Notes under the pieces: model-generated
Database searches by the model: none
The model's input: the letters and a program-made list of their open reading frames with translations, nothing else
Told to the model about the DNA's origin: nothing
Shown: positions 19,839 through 29,756 of the stretch, one piece after another
Position numbering within the stretch: position 1 is the first letter of the stretch
Layout of the letters: each line of letters starts with the position of its first letter
Program-made: the position numbers and the translations under genes
NCBI GenBank assembly: GCA_903956835.1
Contig: CAJBOM010000084.1
Location: forward strand, 1-46,823
Length of the DNA stretch: 46,823 bases
Reading direction: 5' to 3'
Source: an uncultured Verrucomicrobiota bacterium
Lineage (GTDB): Bacteria; Verrucomicrobiota; Verrucomicrobiia; Methylacidiphilales; Verrucolacustridaceae

Positions 19839-20677
19839 ATCCCGCTAAAATCACCATCTTCGCCCCCGGCCTCATCGGCGGCTCCGTCGCCCTCGCCGCC
19901 ACCCAAGCTTTTCCCAAAACCAAAATCGCCATCTGCACCCGCCGCCCCGAATCAGTTCCTGCCATCCGCACCATTCTTCCCCAAGCCGAAATCGGCACAT
20001 CCCCCTCTCTCGCCTCCCACGCCGACCTCGTCCTTCTCGGCTCCCCACCCTCCGCCCTCCCTGAACTCGTTCGTACTGTCCTTCCCTTCCTCTCCCCCAC
20101 CACCCTCGTCACCGACGCTTCCAGCTTCAAGGAGTCCGTAGAAAAAACTATCGCTCCTCTGCTTCTCGGCCATGCCCGCTGGATCGGTTCCCATCCCATG
20201 GCCGGCTCAGAACATTCAGGAATCTCTGCCGCTCGAGCCGATCTTTTTCATCAAGCTCCCGTCATCCTCACCCCTACCGCCGCCACCTCCACCGATACCC
20301 TCCAGCAGGCCACCTCATTCTGGCAAGCCCTCGGCGCCCGCGTCCTCTCCATGACCCCCCAGTTGCACGACGCCCAAATCGCTCTCATCAGCCACCTTCC
20401 TCACCTCATCGCCACCACCCTCGTCCTGACCGCTGGATCCGATCCCCTTCCCCTCGCTGGATCCGGCTACCGCGACACCACCCGTATCGCCTCAGGCCCC
20501 GCTCCTCTCTGGAGCGAAATTCTTATCGGCAACCAGCCCGAACTTCTTTCCTCCCTCAAAAAGTTCCGCACCACACTCGATCAAGTCACCTCCGCCCTCG
20601 AAAATAAAGACGCTTCCACTCTCTCCAAACTTTTAGATCAAGCCTCCCACATTCGACGTACCCTTTCCTCCTCATGA
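19835..20677 (+). CDS. tyrA: Prephenate/arogenate dehydrogenase
   Basis: PGLIGGS, TDASSFK, HPMAGSE, HD..IALISHLPHL and GSGYRDTTRIA; ATGA overlap with the hisC stop. Confidence 0.93.
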   Translation: MNPAKITIFAPGLIGGSVALAATQAFPKTKIAICTRRPESVPAIRTILPQAEIGTSPSLASHADLVLLGSPPSALPELVRTVLPFLSPTTLVTDASSFKESVEKTIAPLLLGHARWIGSHPMAGSEHSGISAARADLFHQAPVILTPTAATSTDTLQQATSFWQALGARVLSMTPQLHDAQIALISHLPHLIATTLVLTAGSDPLPLAGSGYRDTTRIASGPAPLWSEILIGNQPELLSSLKKFRTTLDQVTSALENKDASTLSKLLDQASHIRRTLSSS

Positions 20678-21969
20678 GTAACCTCGAAATCCGTCCACTC
20701 CGTCGCCTGAATGCCGAATTCTCCGTCCCTGGCGACAAAAGCATTTCCCACCGCGGAATCATCCTCGGCGGTCTCGCCTCTGGCACAACCCGCCTCCGTG
20801 GCTTTCTGCCTGGCGAAGATTGCCTCTCCACTCTTCATGCCCTTCAAGCCCTCGGTTGTCGTATCGACCGAGTCGCCCCCGATGAAGTTCTTATCGAAGG
20901 CCGTGGAGGAAAGCTCCTCGCTCCCGCCGAACCCATCGATTGCGGCAACAGTGGCACCACCATGCGCCTCCTCGCGGGAGTCGTCGCAGGCCAACCTTTT
21001 CAAACTCGTCTCTTCGGCGATTCCTCTCTTTCTCGCCGACCCATGGCTCGTATCGCCGATCCTTTGCGCAAGTTCGGAGCCGAAATTCTTTGCGCAGGTG
21101 CCAACGACCGCCCCCCGCTCCACGTCCACGGCACCCAACTCCACGCCACCGACTTCACCAGCGCCGTCGCCAGTGCCCAAGTCAAATCCTGCTTTCTCCT
21201 CGCTGCCCTCCAAGCCAACGGCAAATCCACCTTCCACGAGCCCACCCTTTCCCGCGATCATACCGAACGTCTTCTCCCCGCCTTCGGTGCCAGCCTCCGT
21301 CTCGAAAAGAAATCCATTGTCCTTCACGGACCCCAACGCCTCGAAGCCACCGAACTTGATGTCCCTGGCGACTTCTCCTCCGCCGCCTTTTGGATCGTCC
21401 TCGCCGCTGGCCTCCCAGGCTCTCGCCTCACCCTGCGTCGCGTCGGCCTCAACCCCACCCGCACCGCACTCCTCTCCGCCCTCCTCCGTATGGGTGCAGG
21501 CCTCGTGGAAAAAGTAGAGCAGTCCACCCCTGAGCCTTTCGGCACGATCACCATCCAAGGCAACACTGCCCTCAAGGCCACCACCATCTCAGGCAAAGAA
21601 ATTCCTAATCTCATCGACGAAATTCCTATTCTCGCCACCGCCGCCGCTTTCGCCAAAGGAATCACCGAAATTCGCGACGCCAGCGAACTCCGCCACAAAG
21701 AAAGCGATCGCCTTGCCGTCGTCGCTCAAAACCTTCGCCTCTTCGGGGTTCCCGTCGAAGAAAAACCTGACGGCCTCCTCATCGAAGGCGGTTGCACTCT
21801 TGTCGGAGCCGAGGTCGAAAGCCACGGCGACCATCGCATCGCCATGTCTGCCGCTATCCTCGGCCTCCTCGCCAAAGGACGCACTCTCGTCAAAGACACC
21901 GCCTGCATCGAAACCAGCTACCCAGGATTCGCTCAACAGATCGCCCTTCTGCAAGAAGTCAGTCGCTAA
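20674..21969 (+). CDS. aroA: 3-phosphoshikimate 1-carboxyvinyltransferase (EPSP synthase, class II)
   Basis: PGDKSISHR, DCGNSGTTMR, SAQVKS, SRDHTER, LIDEIP, ELRHKESDR and DHRIAM. Confidence 0.98.
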   Translation: MSNLEIRPLRRLNAEFSVPGDKSISHRGIILGGLASGTTRLRGFLPGEDCLSTLHALQALGCRIDRVAPDEVLIEGRGGKLLAPAEPIDCGNSGTTMRLLAGVVAGQPFQTRLFGDSSLSRRPMARIADPLRKFGAEILCAGANDRPPLHVHGTQLHATDFTSAVASAQVKSCFLLAALQANGKSTFHEPTLSRDHTERLLPAFGASLRLEKKSIVLHGPQRLEATELDVPGDFSSAAFWIVLAAGLPGSRLTLRRVGLNPTRTALLSALLRMGAGLVEKVEQSTPEPFGTITIQGNTALKATTISGKEIPNLIDEIPILATAAAFAKGITEIRDASELRHKESDRLAVVAQNLRLFGVPVEEKPDGLLIEGGCTLVGAEVESHGDHRIAMSAAILGLLAKGRTLVKDTACIETSYPGFAQQIALLQEVSR

Positions 21970-21972
21970 TTT

Positions 21973-22629
21973 ATGCTTCACCCCGTCATCTGTATCGATG
22001 GCCCCGCCGCTTCAGGAAAAAGCACTGTCGCCCGACTTGTCGCCCACGACCTTAAGTACGTCTACGTCGATACTGGCGCTATGTATCGTGCTTTCACTTT
22101 CCTTACTCTCGAGGCAGGTCACGATCCCACCTCCCGTGCTCGCATGAAGCAACTCCTCCAGAAAGTAGATTTTCATGTGGAGATTGCTGCCCAGGAAATC
22201 TCCCTACGAGATGGCACACGGGATCTCGCCCCTCATACCCGCCTTCCGGAGGTGAATGCCGCCGTTTCGCCAGTCTCCGCACTGCCCGAGCTCCGCGAGT
22301 ACCTTGTCAATCTCCAGCGCAAACTTCGCCTCTCTGCTCCTCTTGTCATGGAGGGCCGCGATATCGGCACCGTCGTCTGCTCCGATAGCCCGTTTAAATA
22401 CTTTATCGATGCCTGCCCCATCGTCCGTGCCGAACGCCGACGCAAACAAGGAGAAAAAGATAATCTCGTCGCCCGCGATAAACAGGACTCCTCCCGCTCC
22501 GCCGCACCCCTTGTCCGCGCCGCCGATGCCACTCTTCTCGATAGCGGAAAGAACGATGCCCGCGCCCTTGCCGACCTCATCGTTCAAGAGGTCCGTACCC
22601 GACTGCAACCTGGACCCACCGTTCCGTGA
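21973..22629 (+). CDS. cmk: Cytidylate kinase
   Basis: IDGPAASGKST, DTGAMYR, EGRDIGTVV and RDKQDSSR. Confidence 0.96.
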   Translation: MLHPVICIDGPAASGKSTVARLVAHDLKYVYVDTGAMYRAFTFLTLEAGHDPTSRARMKQLLQKVDFHVEIAAQEISLRDGTRDLAPHTRLPEVNAAVSPVSALPELREYLVNLQRKLRLSAPLVMEGRDIGTVVCSDSPFKYFIDACPIVRAERRRKQGEKDNLVARDKQDSSRSAAPLVRAADATLLDSGKNDARALADLIVQEVRTRLQPGPTVP

Positions 22630-23231
22630 AAGTCTGTCCCTTCTGGTTCCACCTCGTTCGCCTTTTTTCGCTCACCTTTTTTAAATTTTTCCACTCCTTC
22701 CGCACCTCTGGCGCCGACTCCCTGCCGCCCGGTCCTCTCATTCTCGCTCCCAACCACGCCAGCTATTTAGATCCACCCGCCACAGGCTGTGGTCTGTTCC
22801 GAGTCACCTACTACCTTGCCCGCCACACCCTCTTCAAACCACCGATCGCCTCATGGCTTCTCCCCTCCATCGGGTCCATTCCCGTTAATCAGAACTCCCC
22901 AGGTCCATCCTCTCTAAAAAATATCTTCGAAGTCTTTAAAAACAAAGGGACTCTCGTTCTCTTCCCTGAAGGCCAGAGAACTTATGATGGCAACCTTCGG
23001 AAAGCCGAACCTGGAATCGGCATGATTGCCGCCCGAGCCAACGTCCCCGTTGTTCCTGTTCACATTATCGGCAGTCGCGAAGCCATGCCCCGCAACGGAT
23101 CTTGGCATCCCTTCCGCCCCATCCGCGTTGTCTACGGTCAACCCATGCGTTTCTCAGGCGACCCTAAGAGCCGTGAAGACTTTCAGAAATTCGCCGACGA
23201 AATCATGTCGGCTATATCCAAACTGCAGTAA
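22626..23231 (+). CDS. plsC: 1-acyl-sn-glycerol-3-phosphate acyltransferase
   Basis: NHASYLD and FPEGQR motifs; GTGA overlap with cmk. Confidence 0.9.
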   Translation: MKVCPFWFHLVRLFSLTFFKFFHSFRTSGADSLPPGPLILAPNHASYLDPPATGCGLFRVTYYLARHTLFKPPIASWLLPSIGSIPVNQNSPGPSSLKNIFEVFKNKGTLVLFPEGQRTYDGNLRKAEPGIGMIAARANVPVVPVHIIGSREAMPRNGSWHPFRPIRVVYGQPMRFSGDPKSREDFQKFADEIMSAISKLQ

Positions 23232-23237
23232 CGATTT

Positions 23238-23735
23238 TTAATCTTTAAAATTGGTAAGAGGGTCCACGTGGTGCCCAACCATTTTCCACTTCCCCTCTTC
23301 CTTGCGAAACGTATTCGTCGCGCGAATCGACACCTCGCGGATCACCCCTTTGTTATCTTTGTTTTTCCCTTTTTCAACATTGCATACCGCGGCCATGTTT
23401 CCATTGGTATTCAACATGACGTGGGGGTCCACCGCCTCAAGTTTTCCGCCCATTTTCATGGCCGCCTGCCTCTCCCACTCTACCAGCACCTTGGGCCAGC
23501 CTACTAGGAAATCTCCACCCGGCCCCATGTAAATCACATCCGAAGCGTGCGAGCAAAGTTCCTTCATTAAAGTTAACTCTCCCGCGAACATTTGGTTGAG
23601 CGCCTTATAAAACTCTACGTTTGCTGCCAAAACCGTCTTCTCATCCTCATTCCCCGCCTTGGCGCATGGCACCCCCGTAAGCACCGAGATCATTCCCGCC
23701 ACCAGCATCAGTCGGCCAATAGATTTAATATTCAT
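23238..23735 (-). CDS. Secreted SnoaL/NTF2-like (nuclear transport factor 2 family) protein
   Basis: Signal peptide, then AANVEFYKALN...GWPKV...RATNTFRKEEGKWKMVGHH. Confidence 0.8.
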   Translation of the reverse strand: MNIKSIGRLMLVAGMISVLTGVPCAKAGNEDEKTVLAANVEFYKALNQMFAGELTLMKELCSHASDVIYMGPGGDFLVGWPKVLVEWERQAAMKMGGKLEAVDPHVMLNTNGNMAAVCNVEKGKNKDNKGVIREVSIRATNTFRKEEGKWKMVGHHVDPLTNFKD

Positions 23736-23820
23736 TCAATTAAACTCTGCCTTAGAACACCCAACGCAAGCCCTATTCGCCCCCCCTCACCCTTCCTGCC
23801 TTCTCCCCTTACGACTCACC

Positions 23821-23858
23821 TAAACTTAAACAGTAACACGTGTTACACTTTTAGTTTA
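23821..23858. repeat. 38-bp imperfect palindrome centred on perfect GTAACACGTGTTAC
   Basis: 16 of 19 positions pair across the centre. Lies between the aminotransferase stop and the SnoaL gene start. Confidence 0.7.
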
Positions 23859-23893
23859 ACCCGCTTTCCGCTCAAACTTCTCCCATCAGTAAA

Positions 23894-25243
23894 TTAATCC
23901 CACAAATGATCAATCCCACGCCGTACAGCTCCAAACAACTCGTCCACCTCTTTTTCTGTGATCACTAAAGGAGGCGCGAAGGCCAACAGATCCCGAATCC
24001 CCCTCACGATCGCTCCCTCCGTTCTCACCTTCGCTGCCCCCGTAATACCTAAATTCATCCCTGGCTTTAAATCCTTCCTACCCCCCTTCGGCAAAAGCTC
24101 CATCGCCCCAATCAATCCCACCCCCCGAACCTCCCCTACCGCCGGATGCCCGGCAAACTCCTGCAACTTTTTCAGAAAATACGGTCCTATCTCGTCTTTC
24201 GTCCGCTCCACCAACTTCTCCTTCTCAATAATATCCATATTTGCCATCGCCGCCGCCGCCGCCACTGGATGACCCGAATAGGTAAATCCATGCGCAAAAT
24301 ACCCGCCCTTCATTAAAACCTCCGCAATCGGTTTTGAAACCATCGTCGCACCCATCGAAATATATCCACTGGTCAAACCCTTCGCCAAAATCATCAAATC
24401 TGGCTCCAAATTCCACATGGCGCTCGCAAACCACGCCCCCAATCGCCCAAACGCTGTAATTACTTCGTCCGCCACGAAAAGAATCTCGTACTCCCGTGCT
24501 AATTCCCGCATCGCCTTGAGATATCCCGCCGGCGGCACTATTACCCCACCCGCGCCTTGGACCGGCTCCAAAAACATTGCTCCAATCGTCTCAGGTCCTT
24601 CCTTTTCAATTATTTTTTTTGTCGCCGCCACACACTCCTCCCCATACGCCTCCGCCTCCTTTTCCCGACCCACCGCATAGGCGTACGGCGCGGGTGCATG
24701 CAAAAATCCTGGTAGAGGTAACCCATACGGAGTCTGACAACTTGGCAATCCCGTCATACTCGCCGTCGCCAAGGTCACCCCGTGATAGGCAAAATCCCGC
24801 GTAAGAATCTTCGTCCGCTCAGGTTTCCCCTTCAAAATCTGATACTGCCGAATAATCTTTAATGCGGTCTCATTTGCCTCCGATCCCGAGTTACTAAATA
24901 CCGCATAATTCAAATTCCCAGGAGCCATCCGACCCAACCGATCGGCCAAACGCACCGCCGGCTCTGTCGTAGAATTAAAAAAGCTCGGATAAAAAGAAAG
25001 TTCCTGCATCTGCTTCGCCACCGCCTCCACAATCTCCTTCCGCCCGTACCCCACATTCACACACCACAACCCCGCCAACCCATCCAACAACTTTCCCTCC
25101 TCCCCCTGCAAATAACAGCCTGCCCCGCTTTCTAGGATATGCGTCCCACTCGGATGCATCGTCGCATGATCGGTAAATGGATGAAGATGATGCGCCCGAT
25201 CCATTTTACGCAACTCCTCCAAATGGGGAATTGATGTGGCCAT
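23894..25243 (-). CDS. Class III (omega) PLP aminotransferase, SpuC/putrescine-pyruvate aminotransferase-like
   Basis: HHLHPFTD, LLDGLAGLWCVNVGYGR, NSGSEANET, AYHG, EPVQGAGG, DEVITAFGR, LAKGLTSGY and HGFTYSGHP. Confidence 0.9.
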   Translation of the reverse strand: MATSIPHLEELRKMDRAHHLHPFTDHATMHPSGTHILESGAGCYLQGEEGKLLDGLAGLWCVNVGYGRKEIVEAVAKQMQELSFYPSFFNSTTEPAVRLADRLGRMAPGNLNYAVFSNSGSEANETALKIIRQYQILKGKPERTKILTRDFAYHGVTLATASMTGLPSCQTPYGLPLPGFLHAPAPYAYAVGREKEAEAYGEECVAATKKIIEKEGPETIGAMFLEPVQGAGGVIVPPAGYLKAMRELAREYEILFVADEVITAFGRLGAWFASAMWNLEPDLMILAKGLTSGYISMGATMVSKPIAEVLMKGGYFAHGFTYSGHPVAAAAAMANMDIIEKEKLVERTKDEIGPYFLKKLQEFAGHPAVGEVRGVGLIGAMELLPKGGRKDLKPGMNLGITGAAKVRTEGAIVRGIRDLLAFAPPLVITEKEVDELFGAVRRGIDHLWD

Positions 25244-25330
25244 ACCAGACCCTAATCCAGTTTTCTAATTTCCGCCAGCCACACCCTTTTCCCCGCTCGC
25301 CCTTGCGCTAGGTTTCATTATGCTTCAGGC

Positions 25331-26431
25331 ATGGTAATCGGCGTTCCACGCGAGATTAAATCCCAGGAGGCTCGCGTCGCTCTTCTTCCCTCCGCTGCCT
25401 ATCAACTCATCCAGCGCGGCCACCAAGTCCTCGTCGAAAAAGATGCTGGCCTCGGCTCAGGCTACCCCGACGAACAGTACACCTCCGCTGGCGCCAAAAT
25501 TGTCCCCAACCATGCCGATATTTTTTCCGCTGAACTAATCGTCAAGGTCAAGGAACCCCTCCCCGATGAATATCCCCTCTTGCGCTCAGGCCAGATCCTC
25601 TTCACTTACCTCCACCTCGCCGCAAATATAAATTTAACGAATGCCCTCATAAAATCCGGTGTTACTGCCGTGGCCTACGAAATGGTGACCCAAGGCCGGC
25701 GCCTTCCGCTCCTCGAGCCGATGTCAGAAATCGCCGGCCGCATGTCGGTCATCGTCGGTGCCTACTTTCTCGCCAAACACGCTGGCGGTAGCGGCGTCCT
25801 CCTCGGCGGCGTCCCCGGAGTCCTCCCAGGTCGTGTCGTCGTCATCGGCGGCGGTTCATCAGGAATCAACGCCGCCCGCATGGCCACAGGCCTCGGCGCC
25901 GATGTCACCATTCTCGAGGTCGACCTCGAACGCATGCGCTTTCTCGATATTACGATGCATACCGCCCACACCCTCTTTTCTAATCAAGCTCATCTCGACG
26001 AACTTCTCCCCAACGTTGATCTCCTCATCGGAGCTGTCCTCGTTCCAGGAGCCAAGGCCCCCAAGCTCGTCACCCGCGCCATGCTTCGCCGTATGCGACC
26101 TGGAAGCGTCCTCGTTGATATCGCTATCGATCAAGGCGGTTGCGCCGAAACCTCCCGCCCCACCACCCACGACAACCCCGTCTACGTCGAAGAAGGCGTG
26201 CTCCACTACTGCGTCGCCAACATGCCAGGCGCTTACGCCCGAACCGCTACCCAAGCTCTTACCAACGTTACCTACCCTTTCATCGAACTCATCGCCGACC
26301 ACGGCCTCCCCATCGCCACCCAACGCCAACCCGGACTCCTCACCGGCATCAGCACTCAAAACGGAAAACTCACCTGCCCAGTCGTCGCCTCCGCTCACAA
26401 GCTTCCCAACCAAGCACCTACTTTCGTTTGA
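25331..26431 (+). CDS. ald: Alanine dehydrogenase
   Basis: [42 protein letters not shown] and [10 protein letters not shown]. Confidence 0.96.
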   Translation: MVIGVPREIKSQEARVALLPSAAYQLIQRGHQVLVEKDAGLGSGYPDEQYTSAGAKIVPNHADIFSAELIVKVKEPLPDEYPLLRSGQILFTYLHLAANINLTNALIKSGVTAVAYEMVTQGRRLPLLEPMSEIAGRMSVIVGAYFLAKHAGGSGVLLGGVPGVLPGRVVVIGGGSSGINAARMATGLGADVTILEVDLERMRFLDITMHTAHTLFSNQAHLDELLPNVDLLIGAVLVPGAKAPKLVTRAMLRRMRPGSVLVDIAIDQGGCAETSRPTTHDNPVYVEEGVLHYCVANMPGAYARTATQALTNVTYPFIELIADHGLPIATQRQPGLLTGISTQNGKLTCPVVASAHKLPNQAPTFV

Positions 26432-27282
26432 GCCGCACCCCAAAACTCATTTCCGCGGATCTCTCCCCTGGCGATCAGCGCTCCGCCAACGCCGAGCTGC
26501 CGGGCATCGTCTTCCACCTCATCGAATCCGCCGATGACCCTTTCTTTCAAATTGGCTTCGATGCCCTCGCCCAATACTTCGGTCCCATCGGCGAAATGGA
26601 AACCCTTTCCGTCCTCCAACATCGCTTCCGCTGGAACACCGCCCGACCCGTCCCCAGCAAACCCCTTTTTCACTACGCCATGATTCTTGCCCTCGATCCC
26701 AAAAACCAAGTCGCCGGCGTGCGCGATTACACCGCCATCGTCCACGCGCCCCCAGAACGCGCCGCCGCCACCGTTCACCTTTCCCATCTCTGGATTCATC
26801 CCGACTTCCGACGCTCAGGTCTCGCGGGTTGGATGCGTGCTTTCCCCATCGAAACCGCCCGAACTCTCCTCGCTCGCGCCCGTCACGCTCTTCACGCACC
26901 TATCACCCTCGCAGCCGAAATGGACCTTCCCAAGGTTCAAGATCCCGCCAGCGGTATCCGTCTACTCTCCTACGAAAAAGCGGGCTACCGCAAAGTCGAT
27001 CCCCGTGTCATGCCCTACCTCCAACCCGATTTTCGCGAGCCCGCCGCCATCGATGCATCCGGCACTCTTCAACCCATTCCTATGACCCCCATCCTTCGTC
27101 GCGTTGGTCACGAAGCTGAGTCCTTCGCTCCCGCTTCCGAAATTCGCACTGTCGTTCGCGACCTCTACGCCATGTACTCCGATACTTTCCGCCCTGCCGA
27201 TATGGCTCCCCTCTGGAAAAAATGGAGCGCCTACCCCGACGGACCCACCCCCATCCCCCTCCTCCCTCCTTCCCAGCTATGA
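26428..27282 (+). CDS. GNAT-fold acyltransferase-like protein
   Basis: Motif A-like HLSHLWIHPDFRRSGLAG and SYEKAGYRK. TTG start overlaps the ald stop (TTGA); part of ORF 26140..27282. Confidence 0.65.
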   Translation: MSRTPKLISADLSPGDQRSANAELPGIVFHLIESADDPFFQIGFDALAQYFGPIGEMETLSVLQHRFRWNTARPVPSKPLFHYAMILALDPKNQVAGVRDYTAIVHAPPERAAATVHLSHLWIHPDFRRSGLAGWMRAFPIETARTLLARARHALHAPITLAAEMDLPKVQDPASGIRLLSYEKAGYRKVDPRVMPYLQPDFREPAAIDASGTLQPIPMTPILRRVGHEAESFAPASEIRTVVRDLYAMYSDTFRPADMAPLWKKWSAYPDGPTPIPLLPPSQL

Positions 27283-28202
27283 TCGAAGCTTTCCACTCTC
27301 CCAACTCGGCCGCTCCCATCGGGAATCACACCATGCCTATGGAAAAGTTTCAGCTGGTCGCCGATCACGCCGCTAAAATCTCAGGTGTCCGCCTCTTTCT
27401 ACCCGCCCCTGTCACTCGCGAGGACCTCCTCCGCGTCCACTCCCAAGATTATATTCATGCTGTCGAAACTGGAAATCCCCGTGCGCTCGCCGAATCTCAG
27501 AAGTTTCCCTGGAGCCCTCAACTTTATCCCTCCGTCCTTCTCACCAACGGCGCCGTCCTCGCGGCCGCCCGCTCCGCTCTCGCCCACGGCATCGCAGCCG
27601 CTGTCGCCAGTGGATTCCATCACGCCTTCTCCCAACACGGGGAAGGCTACTGCACTTTCAACGGGCTCATCATCGCCCTTGAGAGTCTTCGCTCCGCCGG
27701 CGCCATTCGCACAGGCGCAGTTCTTGATCTCGATCTTCACTACGGCAACGGGACCGCCTCCCTGCTCCATCACCGTCCTTGGGCCCGCGCCCTTTCCATC
27801 TACGGCAACGACTACTGCAACAACCTCAGCTACCGCGATGTCTCCACCCTGCACCACACGGATGGCCCCAATCACTACTCCGTCCCCTTGCCTGCAAAAA
27901 CCGATGGCCCCCAGCTTCTAGAACTTCTTCAACAAAATCTTCCTCGCCTTCTCCATCCCACCCCGCCCGATATCCTCCTTTACCAAGCCGGCGCCGATCC
28001 CCTTCGCGATGACCCCTACTCCCCTCTCGATCTCGGAGCCGCCGACTTGGAAGCCAGGGATCGCCTCGTCTTCGAATTCGCCCGCCGCCACAGCATCCCA
28101 GTCGCCTGGACGCTCGCAGGCGGATACACTCGCCCTGTGAAAAAAGTAGTGGATGTTCACCTCGGCACCTTTCGTGCCGCCCTCGCAACCCATGGCTCCT
28201 GA
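27279..28202 (+). CDS. Histone deacetylase-family (zinc-dependent) deacylase
   Basis: LLRVHSQDY, SGFHHA, GYCTFN, DLDLHYGNGT, QAGADP..DDP and LAGGY; ATGA overlap with the upstream gene. Confidence 0.92.
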   Translation: MIEAFHSPNSAAPIGNHTMPMEKFQLVADHAAKISGVRLFLPAPVTREDLLRVHSQDYIHAVETGNPRALAESQKFPWSPQLYPSVLLTNGAVLAAARSALAHGIAAAVASGFHHAFSQHGEGYCTFNGLIIALESLRSAGAIRTGAVLDLDLHYGNGTASLLHHRPWARALSIYGNDYCNNLSYRDVSTLHHTDGPNHYSVPLPAKTDGPQLLELLQQNLPRLLHPTPPDILLYQAGADPLRDDPYSPLDLGAADLEARDRLVFEFARRHSIPVAWTLAGGYTRPVKKVVDVHLGTFRAALATHGS

Positions 28203-29604
28203 CCCCACCTCTTGGCAAAACGCCAACCCAGGAGACCTTTCCGATCTTCTCCCAGAAATCTCTGCCTCCCATAGTGGAACCGTTCTCGCCGCCGCCACTG
28301 CCGCTGCTCCAGGCTGGGCCGAAACCCCCCTGCCCGAACGAATCGAACTTCTTCGAGCCGCACAAAAAGTCCTCTACGCCCACCAAGAAGAATTAGCCCA
28401 AGGCATCTGCCGCGAAATCGGTAAACCTATTGTCGAAGCCCGCTCCGAATCCGCTGCCCTCGTCACCAAAATCGATTTCGCCATTAGTGACGCTGAACGC
28501 TTTCTCACCGAAGAAAGTCCCGACGATTGTCCCCAACCCAGCCGCATTCGCCTGCGCCCACGAGGCCCTACCCTCGTCGTTGGTCCCTTTAACTTTCCCC
28601 TCCACCTCAGCAACGGCCCGTCCACCGCTCATCTTCTCGCTGGAAATCCCGTGATTTTGAAACCCTCCCCTCTTGCCCCACACGTTTGTGCCCGCTACGT
28701 CCAACTCATCGCCCCCATCTTTCCCCCAGGAGTTTTCCAAGTAGCTCAAGGCGGCGCCCATCTCGCCCGCACTCTCGCCTTCGATTCCCGCATTCGTTCC
28801 GTTGTCTTTACCGGCTCTTTTTCTGCAGGCCGCGCACTTCTCGCCGAACTCGCCGCCCTCGATCCCGCGAAAGACGTCGCCCTCGAACTCGGCGGAAAAA
28901 ATGCTGCCATCGTCCTTCGCGATGCCGACTTCTTCCGCGCCGCTAGCTCTATCGCCGAAGCCACCTGTCTCACCGCAGGGCAACGTTGCAACGCCACCGC
29001 CCGCATTTTGGTCGAAGCCTCCGTCCTTTCCGCTTTCCTCCGCGATCTCACTCCCGCCTTCCTTCCCTACCAACCCAACTGGCCCGCCGATGAATCCACT
29101 AAACTTGGCCCATTGACCACCTCCGCCTCCGTCGACCGATTTCGCACCGCACTGCAACCCATCGATGGAGCTACTTTTGTACTTCCTGGAAACGTCGTCG
29201 AAAAAGTTGGTTCAAGAAAAGGTTACTACGTTGAGCCCTGTGTTCGCGCTTGGTCTAATTCCCCCACCTATCTCGCTCACCCCTTTGCCCGTCAGGAGTT
29301 TTTTGCCCCACTCTTGGAAATCATTCCCGTCGAAGGAATCGAAGCCATCATTTCGGCCCACAACGCGGTCCCCTTTGGGCTCACCGCCTCCGTCTTTACG
29401 GCCTCCCGCAAAAACTTCGAACATCTCGCCAACCACCTCCACGCCTCAAACGTCTACGCCAATCTACCCACCACATTCTCCCCTTCCGCTCTTCCCTTTG
29501 GCGGTTGGGGCGACTCTGGAAATCATCACCCAGGTGGGCGAGGCTTCATCCGCTTCGCCACCGACGAACAAGTCCTCCAAGAAGCCCGCGACAGCTTAAA
29601 CTAA
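28192..29604 (+). CDS. Aldehyde dehydrogenase, AstD (succinylglutamate-semialdehyde dehydrogenase)-like
   Basis: GPFNFPLHLSNG, KPS, FTGS, LELGGKN, TAGQRC, EFFAP and PFGGWGDSGNH (AstD-like signatures). Confidence 0.85.
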   Translation: MAPDPTSWQNANPGDLSDLLPEISASHSGTVLAAATAAAPGWAETPLPERIELLRAAQKVLYAHQEELAQGICREIGKPIVEARSESAALVTKIDFAISDAERFLTEESPDDCPQPSRIRLRPRGPTLVVGPFNFPLHLSNGPSTAHLLAGNPVILKPSPLAPHVCARYVQLIAPIFPPGVFQVAQGGAHLARTLAFDSRIRSVVFTGSFSAGRALLAELAALDPAKDVALELGGKNAAIVLRDADFFRAASSIAEATCLTAGQRCNATARILVEASVLSAFLRDLTPAFLPYQPNWPADESTKLGPLTTSASVDRFRTALQPIDGATFVLPGNVVEKVGSRKGYYVEPCVRAWSNSPTYLAHPFARQEFFAPLLEIIPVEGIEAIISAHNAVPFGLTASVFTASRKNFEHLANHLHASNVYANLPTTFSPSALPFGGWGDSGNHHPGGRGFIRFATDEQVLQEARDSLN

Positions 29605-29756
29605 CCCTCCCTCTACGATTTCGATCGATGCTTGGCTGTCTTTTGTTTGTCCATCCCAGTCCTCATAATTTTGTTAGCTCGTGAAGAACTGAAACTTATC
29701 GCAAAAACGCCCCAAACGTCCTTTCTTCCTCTCCACCTTCCTTTTACCCTTTTACT

